A stretch of DNA of 32,000 nucleotides. Source: an archaeon. GTDB taxonomy: Archaea > Iainarchaeota > Iainarchaeia > Iainarchaeales > CSSED10-239. The stretch is from the NCBI GenBank assembly GCA_041657425.1, contig JBBABY010000007.1, positions 30,001 to 62,000 on the forward strand, read 5' to 3'. The notes under the pieces are model-generated. The model saw only the letters and a list, made by a program, of their open reading frames with translations, had not been told where the DNA came from and ran no database searches. Shown here one piece after another: positions 1 to 7,866 of the stretch (the stretch's first letter is position 1; the number at the start of each line of letters is the position of its first letter). A program made the translations under genes and the position numbers.

Positions 1-1
1 A

Positions 2-211
2 GTAAATACAATGGGGTTATATGTTGGTATTTGTGAGGCAGTTGATAATTATGTAACTGCAGTAAAATTACAAAAACCAAGTTGGCCAAAAGATTACACA
101 AAAAAATATGCAAATATGCTAGTTCTTCAAAAATTAGGATTTGAATATAAGTTTGTTCCAGCAGAAGGATATAATATTTTAGATGAGGATATGGATTTTC
201 ATAAAATCTAA
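2..211 (+). CDS. hypothetical protein, probably the C-terminal part of a gene that starts before the window (first ATG at 11)
   Basis: ORF track 11..211. The frame stays open back to base 2. No recognisable motifs. Confidence 0.35.
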   Translation, partial: VNTMGLYVGICEAVDNYVTAVKLQKPSWPKDYTKKYANMLVLQKLGFEYKFVPAEGYNILDEDMDFHKI

Positions 212-216
212 GTATT

Positions 217-422
217 GAGTTGTACACAATATGTGTACAGCTGAAATTAATGAAACTGTGACAATTTGTCACGAGTTGTCCCCAATTTGGGTACAACTGA
301 AACTAATTGTTAGATAGCTTTAAAAAAAAGTGAGTTGTCGACAATTTGTCGACGGTTGTGATTAAGGATTATAATTTGAGTTGGTGACAATTTGTCACCA
401 GCTGTACGATAAAATCGTATAG
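217..422 (+). repeat. array of six short hairpin/palindrome units, five of them sharing the frame GAGTTG-N5-AAT(T/A)T-N5'-C(A/G)(G/A)(C/T)TG
   Basis: Units at 217-243, 258-272, 273-299, 332-358, 378-404 and 402-422. The N5 arms differ between units but stay complementary. No credible coding frame. Confidence 0.75.
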
Positions 423-571
423 TTGATTTTTGATTTTGTGAAATCTCGATACCTTTAAATTCAAATTTCAAAAATACAAAGAAAAGTAGATAAAACCCGC
501 ACTGGACAGCTACCCTCCCGAAAATAACCCTTCTTACAAAAACAATATATTTGCAATGGGAGGTTGTTTTT

Positions 572-1408
572 ATGGAGGTAAATAATTCAGTTGCTATTTT
601 TGAAAGCAAAAAAATAAGAAGATTGTGGCAGGAAGAAGATTGGTGGTTTTCTGTAGTTGATGTGGTTGAGGCGTTGACTGATAGTCCTTTTCCAAAAACT
701 TATTGGAGGAAATTAAAAGATAAAGAATTTAATGAAATTCAACCGTACCCGATTTGGGTACCGTTGAAATTAGTAGCTGAAGATGGAAAATTAAGAGAAA
801 CAGATTGTGCAAATCTAGAAGGGATATTTAGAATAATCCAATCTATCCCTTCTCCTAAAGCAGAACCTTTTAAACTATGGTTAGCAAAAGTAGGTTATCA
901 AAGAATTGAAGAAAACTATGATCCAGAACTAGCAATCAACAGAGCAATGAGTACATATTTAAAAAAAGGATATTCAAAAGAATGGATAAATCAAAGATTG
1001 AAAACAATTGAAGTTAGAAAAGAATTAACTGATGAATGGAATAGATCAGGAATAGATAAACCCTCTGACTTTGCATCGTTAACAAATACTTTAACAAAAG
1101 CTTGGTCAGATAGAACAGTTAAAGAATATAAAGAATTAAAGCATTTAAAAAAAGAAAATCTAAGAGATAACATGACTAATATTGAACTAGTTCTTAATCT
1201 TCTAGCAGAAGCAACAACAACAGAAATTTCAAAAGTTGAAGAGCCGAAAGGATTTTTTCCAAGTGAAGATGTAGTTAGAGCGGGTGGAGAGATAGCAGGT
1301 AACACAAGAAAGAATATAGAGAAGAGACTAGGCAAAAGTGTAATCAGTTCAAGAAACGCAAAACACCTTTTAGAAGAAAAGAAAAAGAATCAAAATTTAA
1401 TTAAATAA
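572..1408 (+). CDS. BRO-N domain protein (phage/virus antirepressor-like DNA-binding family) with a conserved C-terminal helical region
   Basis: N-terminal FESKKIRRLWQEEDWWFSVVDVVEAL fits the BRO-N pattern. GGGAGG at 558-563 lies 8 nt before ATG 572. The track ORF begins at TTG 551. Confidence 0.65.
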   Translation: MEVNNSVAIFESKKIRRLWQEEDWWFSVVDVVEALTDSPFPKTYWRKLKDKEFNEIQPYPIWVPLKLVAEDGKLRETDCANLEGIFRIIQSIPSPKAEPFKLWLAKVGYQRIEENYDPELAINRAMSTYLKKGYSKEWINQRLKTIEVRKELTDEWNRSGIDKPSDFASLTNTLTKAWSDRTVKEYKELKHLKKENLRDNMTNIELVLNLLAEATTTEISKVEEPKGFFPSEDVVRAGGEIAGNTRKNIEKRLGKSVISSRNAKHLLEEKKKNQNLIK

Positions 1409-1411
1409 CCT

Positions 1412-1549
1412 CACTAATTATGGGGCGCGTCTTGCGCCAACCCGCCGAATGATATATATATATATATATATCGGTTCTCTTTTTTATATTAATTTAATTA
1501 ATTAACTAATGGAGATGATTAGAAATGGTAAAAGAAAATAATATAAAAT
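1412..1549 (+). repeat. copy A of a ~135-bp intergenic module: hairpin, (AT)n hairpin, T-tract, AT-rich promoter region, GGAGATGA, ATG plus the first 7 codons
   Basis: Aligns by eye with 13102-13236: CACTAATT, GCCAAC, GCCGAA-GATATAT..ATCGGTT, AATGGAGATGA, MVKEN(N)IK. Confidence 0.75.
1452..1471. repeat. (AT)10 microsatellite flanked by CCGA / TCGG
   Basis: Direct reading of atatatatatatatatatat between ccgaatg and cgg. Confidence 0.95.
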
Positions 1550-2025
1550 TAATAATTTGGGCAGTAGTTGCTTTAGTTATTGGAGTAGTAATTGGATTGT
1601 TACTAACGAATTTAGTTATTACGGGGCAGGCTGTAAATTTGAATGAAAGTAAAATGGTAAGGAGCGAAATAGATCCAAGATTTGGGACGGAAACATTTGA
1701 ATCTACTTTAAATCTTAAAGACCCATATCTCATATATGCAAATAAAGAAATAGAGGACTATATTATACAAAATAATATTGATCTTTCAAAAGGAACAATT
1801 TTTCGTGAGAGTACTGATGGCAAATTAGAGAAAAGTTCAAATATAGTATTTTATCCTGATACAGATTATATTTCTGAATTTAATGGAATAGATATAACTA
1901 TTTTAAATAGAGCAACAGGAGAAAATGTTACACCAAAAATGCGCAATTGTACGATTTATAATGGCAGCGGACGTCGGTCCTTACGTCATCAAAAATGGTT
2001 TAGATTCTGGAATTGGTTTAGGTAG
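1525..2025 (+). CDS. hypothetical membrane-anchored protein
   Basis: ORF track. Hydrophobic N-terminal segment IKLIIWAVVALVIGVVIGLLL. GGAG at 1511-1514 precedes the ATG. Shares its first 7 codons with ORF 13209. Confidence 0.55.
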   Translation: MVKENNIKLIIWAVVALVIGVVIGLLLTNLVITGQAVNLNESKMVRSEIDPRFGTETFESTLNLKDPYLIYANKEIEDYIIQNNIDLSKGTIFRESTDGKLEKSSNIVFYPDTDYISEFNGIDITILNRATGENVTPKMRNCTIYNGSGRRSLRHQKWFRFWNWFR

Positions 2026-2035
2026 TAAGTAGACT

Positions 2036-2059
2036 AAAAGAGGAGAACCCTTCTCTTTT
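2036..2059 (+). terminator. stem-loop ending in a T-run, 11 nt downstream of the ORF 1525-2025 stop
   Basis: AAAAGAG(ga)gaaccc(tt)CTCTTTT, a 7-9 bp stem. Confidence 0.4.
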
Positions 2060-2299
2060 AAAAACCTTTCTTTGCATTAAAGTATTTATGATATACAAAA
2101 TAGTTTTAGAGGATTCTGATTTAAAATCAAAACTTTCTGTAATTATCAATAACATTAATGGCCAGTAGGCCGTAACATCTTTATTCTGCAGTGTAGCTTT
2201 TGTCTTGTGTGATCTTTGGACATGCTTGACATTAGTGGTTTATTTTTAATATATTTGTTAGTCATTATTTAATAATTAAAATGGATGTGAATTAAAAAA

Positions 2300-3604
2300 A
2301 TGGAAAAAAAATATTTAAGTGTTAAAGGAGTTTTAGAAAGTAAAACTGAAGATATATCAATCAGAGGATGGGTATATAGAATAAGAGATCAAAAAGACAA
2401 CATCTTTATAACAATTAGAGATGAAACAGGAATAATTCAATTAGTTGCTTCTAAAGATAAACTTAAAGTTGAAGAGTTTGCAACAGCAAAAGCACTAGGA
2501 ATTGAAAGTTCAATAATTGTTCATGGAAAACTAAGAAAAGAAGAAAGATCTCCACAAGGTTATGAAGTGGATATTGATTCTTTAGAGTTAGTAGGAAAAT
2601 CAGAAAACTATCCAATCTCTAAAGACTTCTCTGAAGAGTTTCTTCTAGATGTAAGACATTTATGGCTTAGAAGTAGAAAGATGACTGCAATCTTAAAAAT
2701 AAGATCAACAGTTATTGGTGCAATTCATGAATACTTTAGAAAAGAAGACTTCTATGAATATCAATCGCCAATACTTCAATCTGTTCAATGTGAAGGCGGT
2801 TCTTCTTTATTCAAAGTAGATTACTTTGAAGAAGAAGGAGTTTTCTTAGCTCAGACTTGGCAACTATATGCTGAACCAGCAATCTTTTCTTTAGGAAAGA
2901 TTTATACAATTGCTCCATCTTTTAGAGCAGAGAAAAGTAAAACATCAAGACACCTTACAGAATACTGGCATGCAGAGATGGAAGGGGCATGGATTGATTT
3001 CGAGCAACTTCAAGATTATGGAGAAGGATTAATCAAGCATGTAATCAAAACAGTTCTTTCTAAACATAAAGAAGATTTAGAAATATTAAAGAGAGACACA
3101 AAGCTTTTAGAAACTGCAATAGGAAAACCGTTCATTAGAATGACATATACAGAAGTCTTAAAACTTTTAAAAGAAAAAGCAGATATGGAAGTTGAATGGG
3201 GAAAAGACTTGAGAACAATTGAAGAAGATAAGTTAAGTAAAATGCACGACACCTTTACAATTGTTACAAGATATCCAAAAGTTGTAAAAGCTTTTTATAT
3301 GAAAGAAGATCCAGTAGACAGTAAAGTAGTTCTTGGCTTTGATTGTATAGGTCCAGAAGGTTATGGAGAAATTATTGGAGCAAGTGAAAGAGAGCCAGAC
3401 CTAGAAAAGATAAAGAAAAGATTATTAGACGATGGAGAAGATCCAAAGCACTATGAGTTTTATCTAGACACAAGAAGATACGGTTCAGTTCCACATGCAG
3501 GTTTTGGTATGGGTGTTGAAAGACTTATCGCCTACATCACAGGAGTAGACAACATCAAAGACACAATTCCATTCCCAAGAACAATGGTTCGTTTCAAACC
3601 TTAG
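2300..3604 (+). CDS. asnS: asparaginyl-tRNA synthetase (class IIb, archaeal-size)
   Basis: N-terminal OB-fold region. Motif 2 FRAEKSKTSRHLTEYWHAEME and C-terminal GFGMGVERLIAYITG..IPFPRT are AsnRS-like rather than AspRS-like. Confidence 0.8.
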   Translation: MEKKYLSVKGVLESKTEDISIRGWVYRIRDQKDNIFITIRDETGIIQLVASKDKLKVEEFATAKALGIESSIIVHGKLRKEERSPQGYEVDIDSLELVGKSENYPISKDFSEEFLLDVRHLWLRSRKMTAILKIRSTVIGAIHEYFRKEDFYEYQSPILQSVQCEGGSSLFKVDYFEEEGVFLAQTWQLYAEPAIFSLGKIYTIAPSFRAEKSKTSRHLTEYWHAEMEGAWIDFEQLQDYGEGLIKHVIKTVLSKHKEDLEILKRDTKLLETAIGKPFIRMTYTEVLKLLKEKADMEVEWGKDLRTIEEDKLSKMHDTFTIVTRYPKVVKAFYMKEDPVDSKVVLGFDCIGPEGYGEIIGASEREPDLEKIKKRLLDDGEDPKHYEFYLDTRRYGSVPHAGFGMGVERLIAYITGVDNIKDTIPFPRTMVRFKP

Positions 3605-3637
3605 AAGATAAAGATTTTTTTTCTTTATTTTTCTTTT

Positions 3638-3711
3638 GCCCTAGTAGCTTAGCTGGTTAGAGCAACCGACTGTTAATCGGTAGATCGTAGGTTCAAATCC
3701 TACCTGGGGCG
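3638..3711 (+). tRNA. tRNA-Asn (anticodon GTT)
   Basis: Cloverleaf folded by hand. Acceptor GCCCTAG/CTGGGGC, anticodon arm ACCGA-CTGTTAA-TCGGT, T-loop GGTTCAAATCC. No encoded CCA. Confidence 0.9.
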
Positions 3712-3772
3712 CATATAAAAAAAGGAGATGAATAACTTATGAAAAAGTATCTACCCAACATATAAATCAAAA

Positions 3773-4762
3773 TTGGATTATTTTCAAACACAAGAAGCAA
3801 TTCAATTTATAAAAACTGATTTTGAAAAAAACTTATCAAAAAAACTTAATCTTTTGCGTGTAAGCGCACCGAAATTCTTGAAAGCAAACACAGGATTACT
3901 TGATGATCTTGCAGGAACACAAACTCCAGTTTCTTTTAAAGTGAAATTTTTAAAAGAAGATATAGAAATTGTACATTCTCTTGCTAAATGGAAAAGATTA
4001 ATGCTTGGAGAATTTAAGTTTCCAATAGGTAAGGGACTATATACAGATATGGACGCCATAAGAAAAGACGAAGATGTTGATTCTACACATAGTGTTTATG
4101 TTGATCAATGGGACTGGGAAAAAGTTATTACAAAAAAACAAAGAAATATTAAGTTCTTAAAAAAAATAGTTAAACAGATTTACTCCAGTATCTATAAAAC
4201 AAAATTAAAGTTAAATAAAAAATATAAACAACTAGAATATACAATCCCAAAGGATATACAGTTCATACATTCAGTAGATTTAGAGAAATTATATCCCAAA
4301 TTAATACCAAAAGAAAGAGAAGATAAAATTACAGAACAATTCGGTGCAGTTTTTATTATAGGAATTGGTGCAAATCTTTTGAACGGTAAACCACACGATA
4401 TTAGGGCAACAGACTATGATGATTGGTCAACTTTGGAGAAAGGTAAATCTGGACTTAATGGAGACATTCTTGTTTGGGATAAAGTTAGTGATAAATCACT
4501 GGAATTATCATCTATGGGAATAAGAGTTGATAAAGATTCTTTGTTATTTCAACTAAAAGAAAAAGAAGAAACACACAAATTAAAATTGGATTATCATAAA
4601 AAGATAATCTCAAGTAAAATCCCACTTTCAATTGGTGGAGGAATTGGACAATCGAGGCTTTGTATGTTTCTTTTAGAGAAAGCACATATTGGAGAAGTAC
4701 AATCTAGTGTTTGGCCAAAAACCGAAATAAAAAAATTAAAAAATAAATATTATATTTTATAA
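3773..4762 (+). CDS. asnA: aspartate-ammonia ligase (asparagine synthetase A), apparent TTG start
   Basis: Colinear with E. coli AsnA motifs: VHSLAKWKR, HSVYVDQWDWEKV, GLNGDILVW, LSSMGIRVD, GGGIGQSRLCMFLL. Confidence 0.88.
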   Translation: MDYFQTQEAIQFIKTDFEKNLSKKLNLLRVSAPKFLKANTGLLDDLAGTQTPVSFKVKFLKEDIEIVHSLAKWKRLMLGEFKFPIGKGLYTDMDAIRKDEDVDSTHSVYVDQWDWEKVITKKQRNIKFLKKIVKQIYSSIYKTKLKLNKKYKQLEYTIPKDIQFIHSVDLEKLYPKLIPKEREDKITEQFGAVFIIGIGANLLNGKPHDIRATDYDDWSTLEKGKSGLNGDILVWDKVSDKSLELSSMGIRVDKDSLLFQLKEKEETHKLKLDYHKKIISSKIPLSIGGGIGQSRLCMFLLEKAHIGEVQSSVWPKTEIKKLKNKYYIL

Positions 4763-4828
4763 TTGAGTTTCATTTTTAAAGTTATTGATTTACAATATAA
4801 TTATAAAATAAAAATAAGGTGATTATAA

Positions 4829-5284
4829 ATGGCATTAATAAAACCAACAGTAAAAAGACTAGCAAAAAGAATAATTACAGAAAAACGATTTCAAACAGGT
4901 GTGAAATATTTAGAAAATAATAAAGGAACAGTAATTCCTGCAAATAAAAAACCACTTGTTCAAAAAACAATAACTGAATTACAAAGAAAATATGGAATTC
5001 TTGAGAAAAAAGCAAATATTTTAAAAACAAAAATAAATAAATTAGATCTAGATAAAGACATAATTAGTGAAATTAATGAAAGTAGAAAAGCGGATGTTTT
5101 GCTTATTAAAAAAAGAATTAAAAGGCATATGTTTGAAAGTGTAAAGGACAGATTAGAAGAAGGGTTTTCTCCTGCAGAAATACTTGCTGCAGGGTATAGC
5201 CCACAAGAACTTGCACTTGGTTATTTTAGATATGAACAAGCAAATAAAGCAAATGTGAAAAAACCAAACTATAAGAATTTATGA
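4829..5284 (+). CDS. hypothetical protein (Lys-rich, helical)
   Basis: ORF track. AAGGTGAT Shine-Dalgarno-like site just upstream. The stop overlaps the next start (ATGA). Confidence 0.55.
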   Translation: MALIKPTVKRLAKRIITEKRFQTGVKYLENNKGTVIPANKKPLVQKTITELQRKYGILEKKANILKTKINKLDLDKDIISEINESRKADVLLIKKRIKRHMFESVKDRLEEGFSPAEILAAGYSPQELALGYFRYEQANKANVKKPNYKNL

Positions 5285-5604
5285 ACAAAGCAATCTGTTA
5301 TGCAAACTTGACTTTATGTCACAAAAAACACCCCTTACAGTTTACTGTTGGTATTGGTTTTCAAGGAAAACTAATTAATGGTAGAGTTAAAGGGGTGGAC
5401 CTAAATAAAGAAAGAGAATCACTTGAGAAATTTAATCAAACAATAAGAGATGAGGAACTTTTTGTTTTAATTAAAGATTATAAAGGAATGGAATCTCTTG
5501 CTCAATTTTATTTTAAAGAATTTAAAAATAAAAAAATAGATTTTGTAGTAATTAAAGAAAATAACACTGAAGAAGTATTGATTGAAAGAAAAGAATTAAA
5601 GTAA
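5281..5604 (+). CDS. hypothetical protein, translationally coupled to 4829-5284
   Basis: ORF track. ATGA start/stop overlap. Confidence 0.5.
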   Translation: MNKAICYANLTLCHKKHPLQFTVGIGFQGKLINGRVKGVDLNKERESLEKFNQTIRDEELFVLIKDYKGMESLAQFYFKEFKNKKIDFVVIKENNTEEVLIERKELK

Positions 5605-5615
5605 CTTTTTATTTA

Positions 5616-6599
5616 TTACTTTATGTCTATTGGAAATAAATTATACTTGAACTCTTTGTGATAATTGATGGTTTCATAATTTTTAATTATATCTGAGAAC
5701 TTACTTCTAATATCATTTAAAAATTTCATATATCTCTCTTCATCTTCAATGTATACATCTATCTCAATATCGTCTCCGCCAATTAAGTGTGTAGCGGACC
5801 ATATATTTTCTTGATATTGACAATAACCAAGAAGATCATTATATCTCTTAAGATTGAAATCTTTGTAATTCATATGTAGTTTAAAATAATTATAGCCTAT
5901 CTTGTTAATATCAATTCCAATATTGTAAGCTAAGATAATCTTTTTCCTCTCAAAATCTTTTATTCTTGAAAGAACTGTAGTTTCTGAAAGATTGACTTCT
6001 TTGGCAATATCGATAATCCTTGCTCTTGAGTTCTTAGCAAGTATTGACAGTATTTTAAAATCTGTTTTATCTAGTTTAATGTTTTGATCTTCAAAATTTT
6101 TCTTATAGTAATTATAAACTGGTATTTCAGTTAGATATTTAGGCAAAATAAAAGCTTTAGGATAAATATAGTACCAATCAGTTATTGTTGTTGATTTATT
6201 TTCTATGTGTTCTCCAAACTTAATATAAAATTGTCCCCAAAAGGTAGTAAATTCATAAATATCTCTACACCAAAAAATGAAATTAATATCCCACCTCCCA
6301 ATAATTGTCACTCCCCAACCAACTTGCGAAGTTTTTTTAAGATAATTAATTATCTCTTCTTCTTTAGTTTTATCTAGGTTACATAATCTTAAGAAAGTTC
6401 TAAAAGCAATAACTCCAAGTCTTGAGTAATCAATAATACAGGTGAAATTTGTAATTATTCCTTCTTGTACTAATTTAGTTATTCTATAATTTACTACTTC
6501 TTTACTTAAGTTTACTTTCTTAGCTATAATTGAATAGCTTTGTCTTGAGTTTAAGTCTAATTCTAGTAATATCTTTTTGTCTTTCAAATCTATATCCAT
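5616..6599 (-). CDS. Lrp/AsnC-family transcriptional regulator with two tandem HTH-plus-effector modules
   Basis: Two AsnC-type HTH segments: DKKILLELDLNSRQSYSIIAKKVNLSKEVVNYRITKL and DFKILSILAKNSRARIIDIAKEVNLSETTVLSRIKDF. Confidence 0.75.
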   Translation of the reverse strand: MDIDLKDKKILLELDLNSRQSYSIIAKKVNLSKEVVNYRITKLVQEGIITNFTCIIDYSRLGVIAFRTFLRLCNLDKTKEEEIINYLKKTSQVGWGVTIIGRWDINFIFWCRDIYEFTTFWGQFYIKFGEHIENKSTTITDWYYIYPKAFILPKYLTEIPVYNYYKKNFEDQNIKLDKTDFKILSILAKNSRARIIDIAKEVNLSETTVLSRIKDFERKKIILAYNIGIDINKIGYNYFKLHMNYKDFNLKRYNDLLGYCQYQENIWSATHLIGGDDIEIDVYIEDEERYMKFLNDIRSKFSDIIKNYETINYHKEFKYNLFPIDIK

Positions 6600-6733
6600 A
6601 TTTTATCATATGATTAAAAGTATTTAAAAATATAGTGTTTTGATAAAAATTAATAAAATTACTTTTATTAATACTAAAAAATATAAGTTACTTATTAATG
6701 AAATAACTTAATTAAATGAAAAGGAGCGATTTT

Positions 6734-7855
6734 ATGAAAACTAAAAATAAATTGTTAGTTGTTTTAATGGCTTTAGTTGTTGTAGTTTTAATTGGATTTT
6801 TAATAACAATTAATTCAGGAACAACTGGTTTATTTTCTTTAAATAAAAAAGAATACATAGAAGTTGGTTATATTTCTGCACTTTCTGGAGATGCGGGAAT
6901 TTGGGGTCAATCTTTAAAGAAAGGTTTTGATTTTGCTGTAGAGGAAATTAATTCAAAAGGAGGAATTAATGGAAAATTAATAAAACCAGTTTTTGAAGAC
7001 GATATGTGTGATCCTAAAACTGGAATAAATGCTTATACAAAAATTATAGAAGCAGATAATGTAAAAATAATTACAGGAACAGTTTGTTCATCAGTTGCTT
7101 TGTCAGTTGCTCCTATTACTCAAGAGAATAGGGTGCTTTACTTAGCATCAGGAGCAACCCACCCAGACGTTACTAAACAAGGAGATTTAATATTTAGAGT
7201 GTGGGTTTCAGATGCTTATGAAGCAAGAGCAGTAACTGAGTATGCAATTAATAACTTAGGAGTAAACAGTTTTGGAATAATATATATGAACGACACTCCT
7301 TCAGGAGTTTCTGTTAAAGATACAATTGAAAAAGTAGTTGCCGAGAATAACAAAACAATAACAATAGAAGAAGGATTTTTGTCAGACACTAAAGACTTCA
7401 AAAGTATTGCAACAAAAGTAATTGCCAACAATCCAGAAGCAATATACATTATGAGCACGCCAGAGAATATGCCATTAATAATAAATGAATTAAAAACATT
7501 GAACTACAATGGAAAAATATTTGTTTATGGCCCATCAATATTGTCTGAAGGAACATTAGCAAAAATAAATGATAAGACAAACATCTATTACCCTTTGCCA
7601 ATAACAAAACAAGAAACCGATTTTTGGAGCAATTATAAACAAAAGACCGGAACAGAGGCAGATATTATTGTTGCCGGTGGTTATGATTCAATGATCTTAA
7701 TAGCAGACGGATTAAAAGAATGTGGAGAAGATAATGATTGTATAAGAAACTATTGGTTATCATTAGAAGACTATAAAACAACAAGAGGAGACGTTTCTTT
7801 TGATAAAGAAAGAGAAATAACTGGAGTGGAATATGAAATAAAAGAACTTAATTAA
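6734..7855 (+). CDS. ABC-transporter substrate-binding protein, LivJ/branched-chain amino-acid family, membrane- or lipid-anchored
   Basis: IEVGYISALSGDAGIWGQSLKKGFDFAVEEINSKGGINGK is typical of the Peripla_BP_6 family. AAAGGAG at 6719-6725 favours ATG 6734 over ATG 6716. N-terminal hydrophobic anchor. Confidence 0.75.
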   Translation: MKTKNKLLVVLMALVVVVLIGFLITINSGTTGLFSLNKKEYIEVGYISALSGDAGIWGQSLKKGFDFAVEEINSKGGINGKLIKPVFEDDMCDPKTGINAYTKIIEADNVKIITGTVCSSVALSVAPITQENRVLYLASGATHPDVTKQGDLIFRVWVSDAYEARAVTEYAINNLGVNSFGIIYMNDTPSGVSVKDTIEKVVAENNKTITIEEGFLSDTKDFKSIATKVIANNPEAIYIMSTPENMPLIINELKTLNYNGKIFVYGPSILSEGTLAKINDKTNIYYPLPITKQETDFWSNYKQKTGTEADIIVAGGYDSMILIADGLKECGEDNDCIRNYWLSLEDYKTTRGDVSFDKEREITGVEYEIKELN

Positions 7856-7866
7856 AAGTTATTTAT

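Noticed and set aside
310-609. 99-aa minus-strand ORF covering part of the hairpin array and the BRO start
   Set aside because: It runs antisense across palindromic non-coding sequence and the start of a well-supported + strand gene. It has no start context and a low-complexity, hydrophobic composition typical of AT-rich shadow ORFs.
1421-1428. 8-nt match (TGGGGCGC) between module A and the 3' end of tRNA-Asn (3705-3712), as a possible att site of an integrated element carrying the BRO gene
   Set aside because: Only 8 nt match, and asnS lies between the two sites. No integrase is visible. This is too weak to call.
2085-2120. Possible C/D-box sRNA (TTATGATAT ... CTGA) in the 270-nt asnS upstream region
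   Set aside because: The C-box is imperfect, no C'/D' pair is present, and the spacing (~23 nt) is too short for a standard archaeal C/D sRNA.
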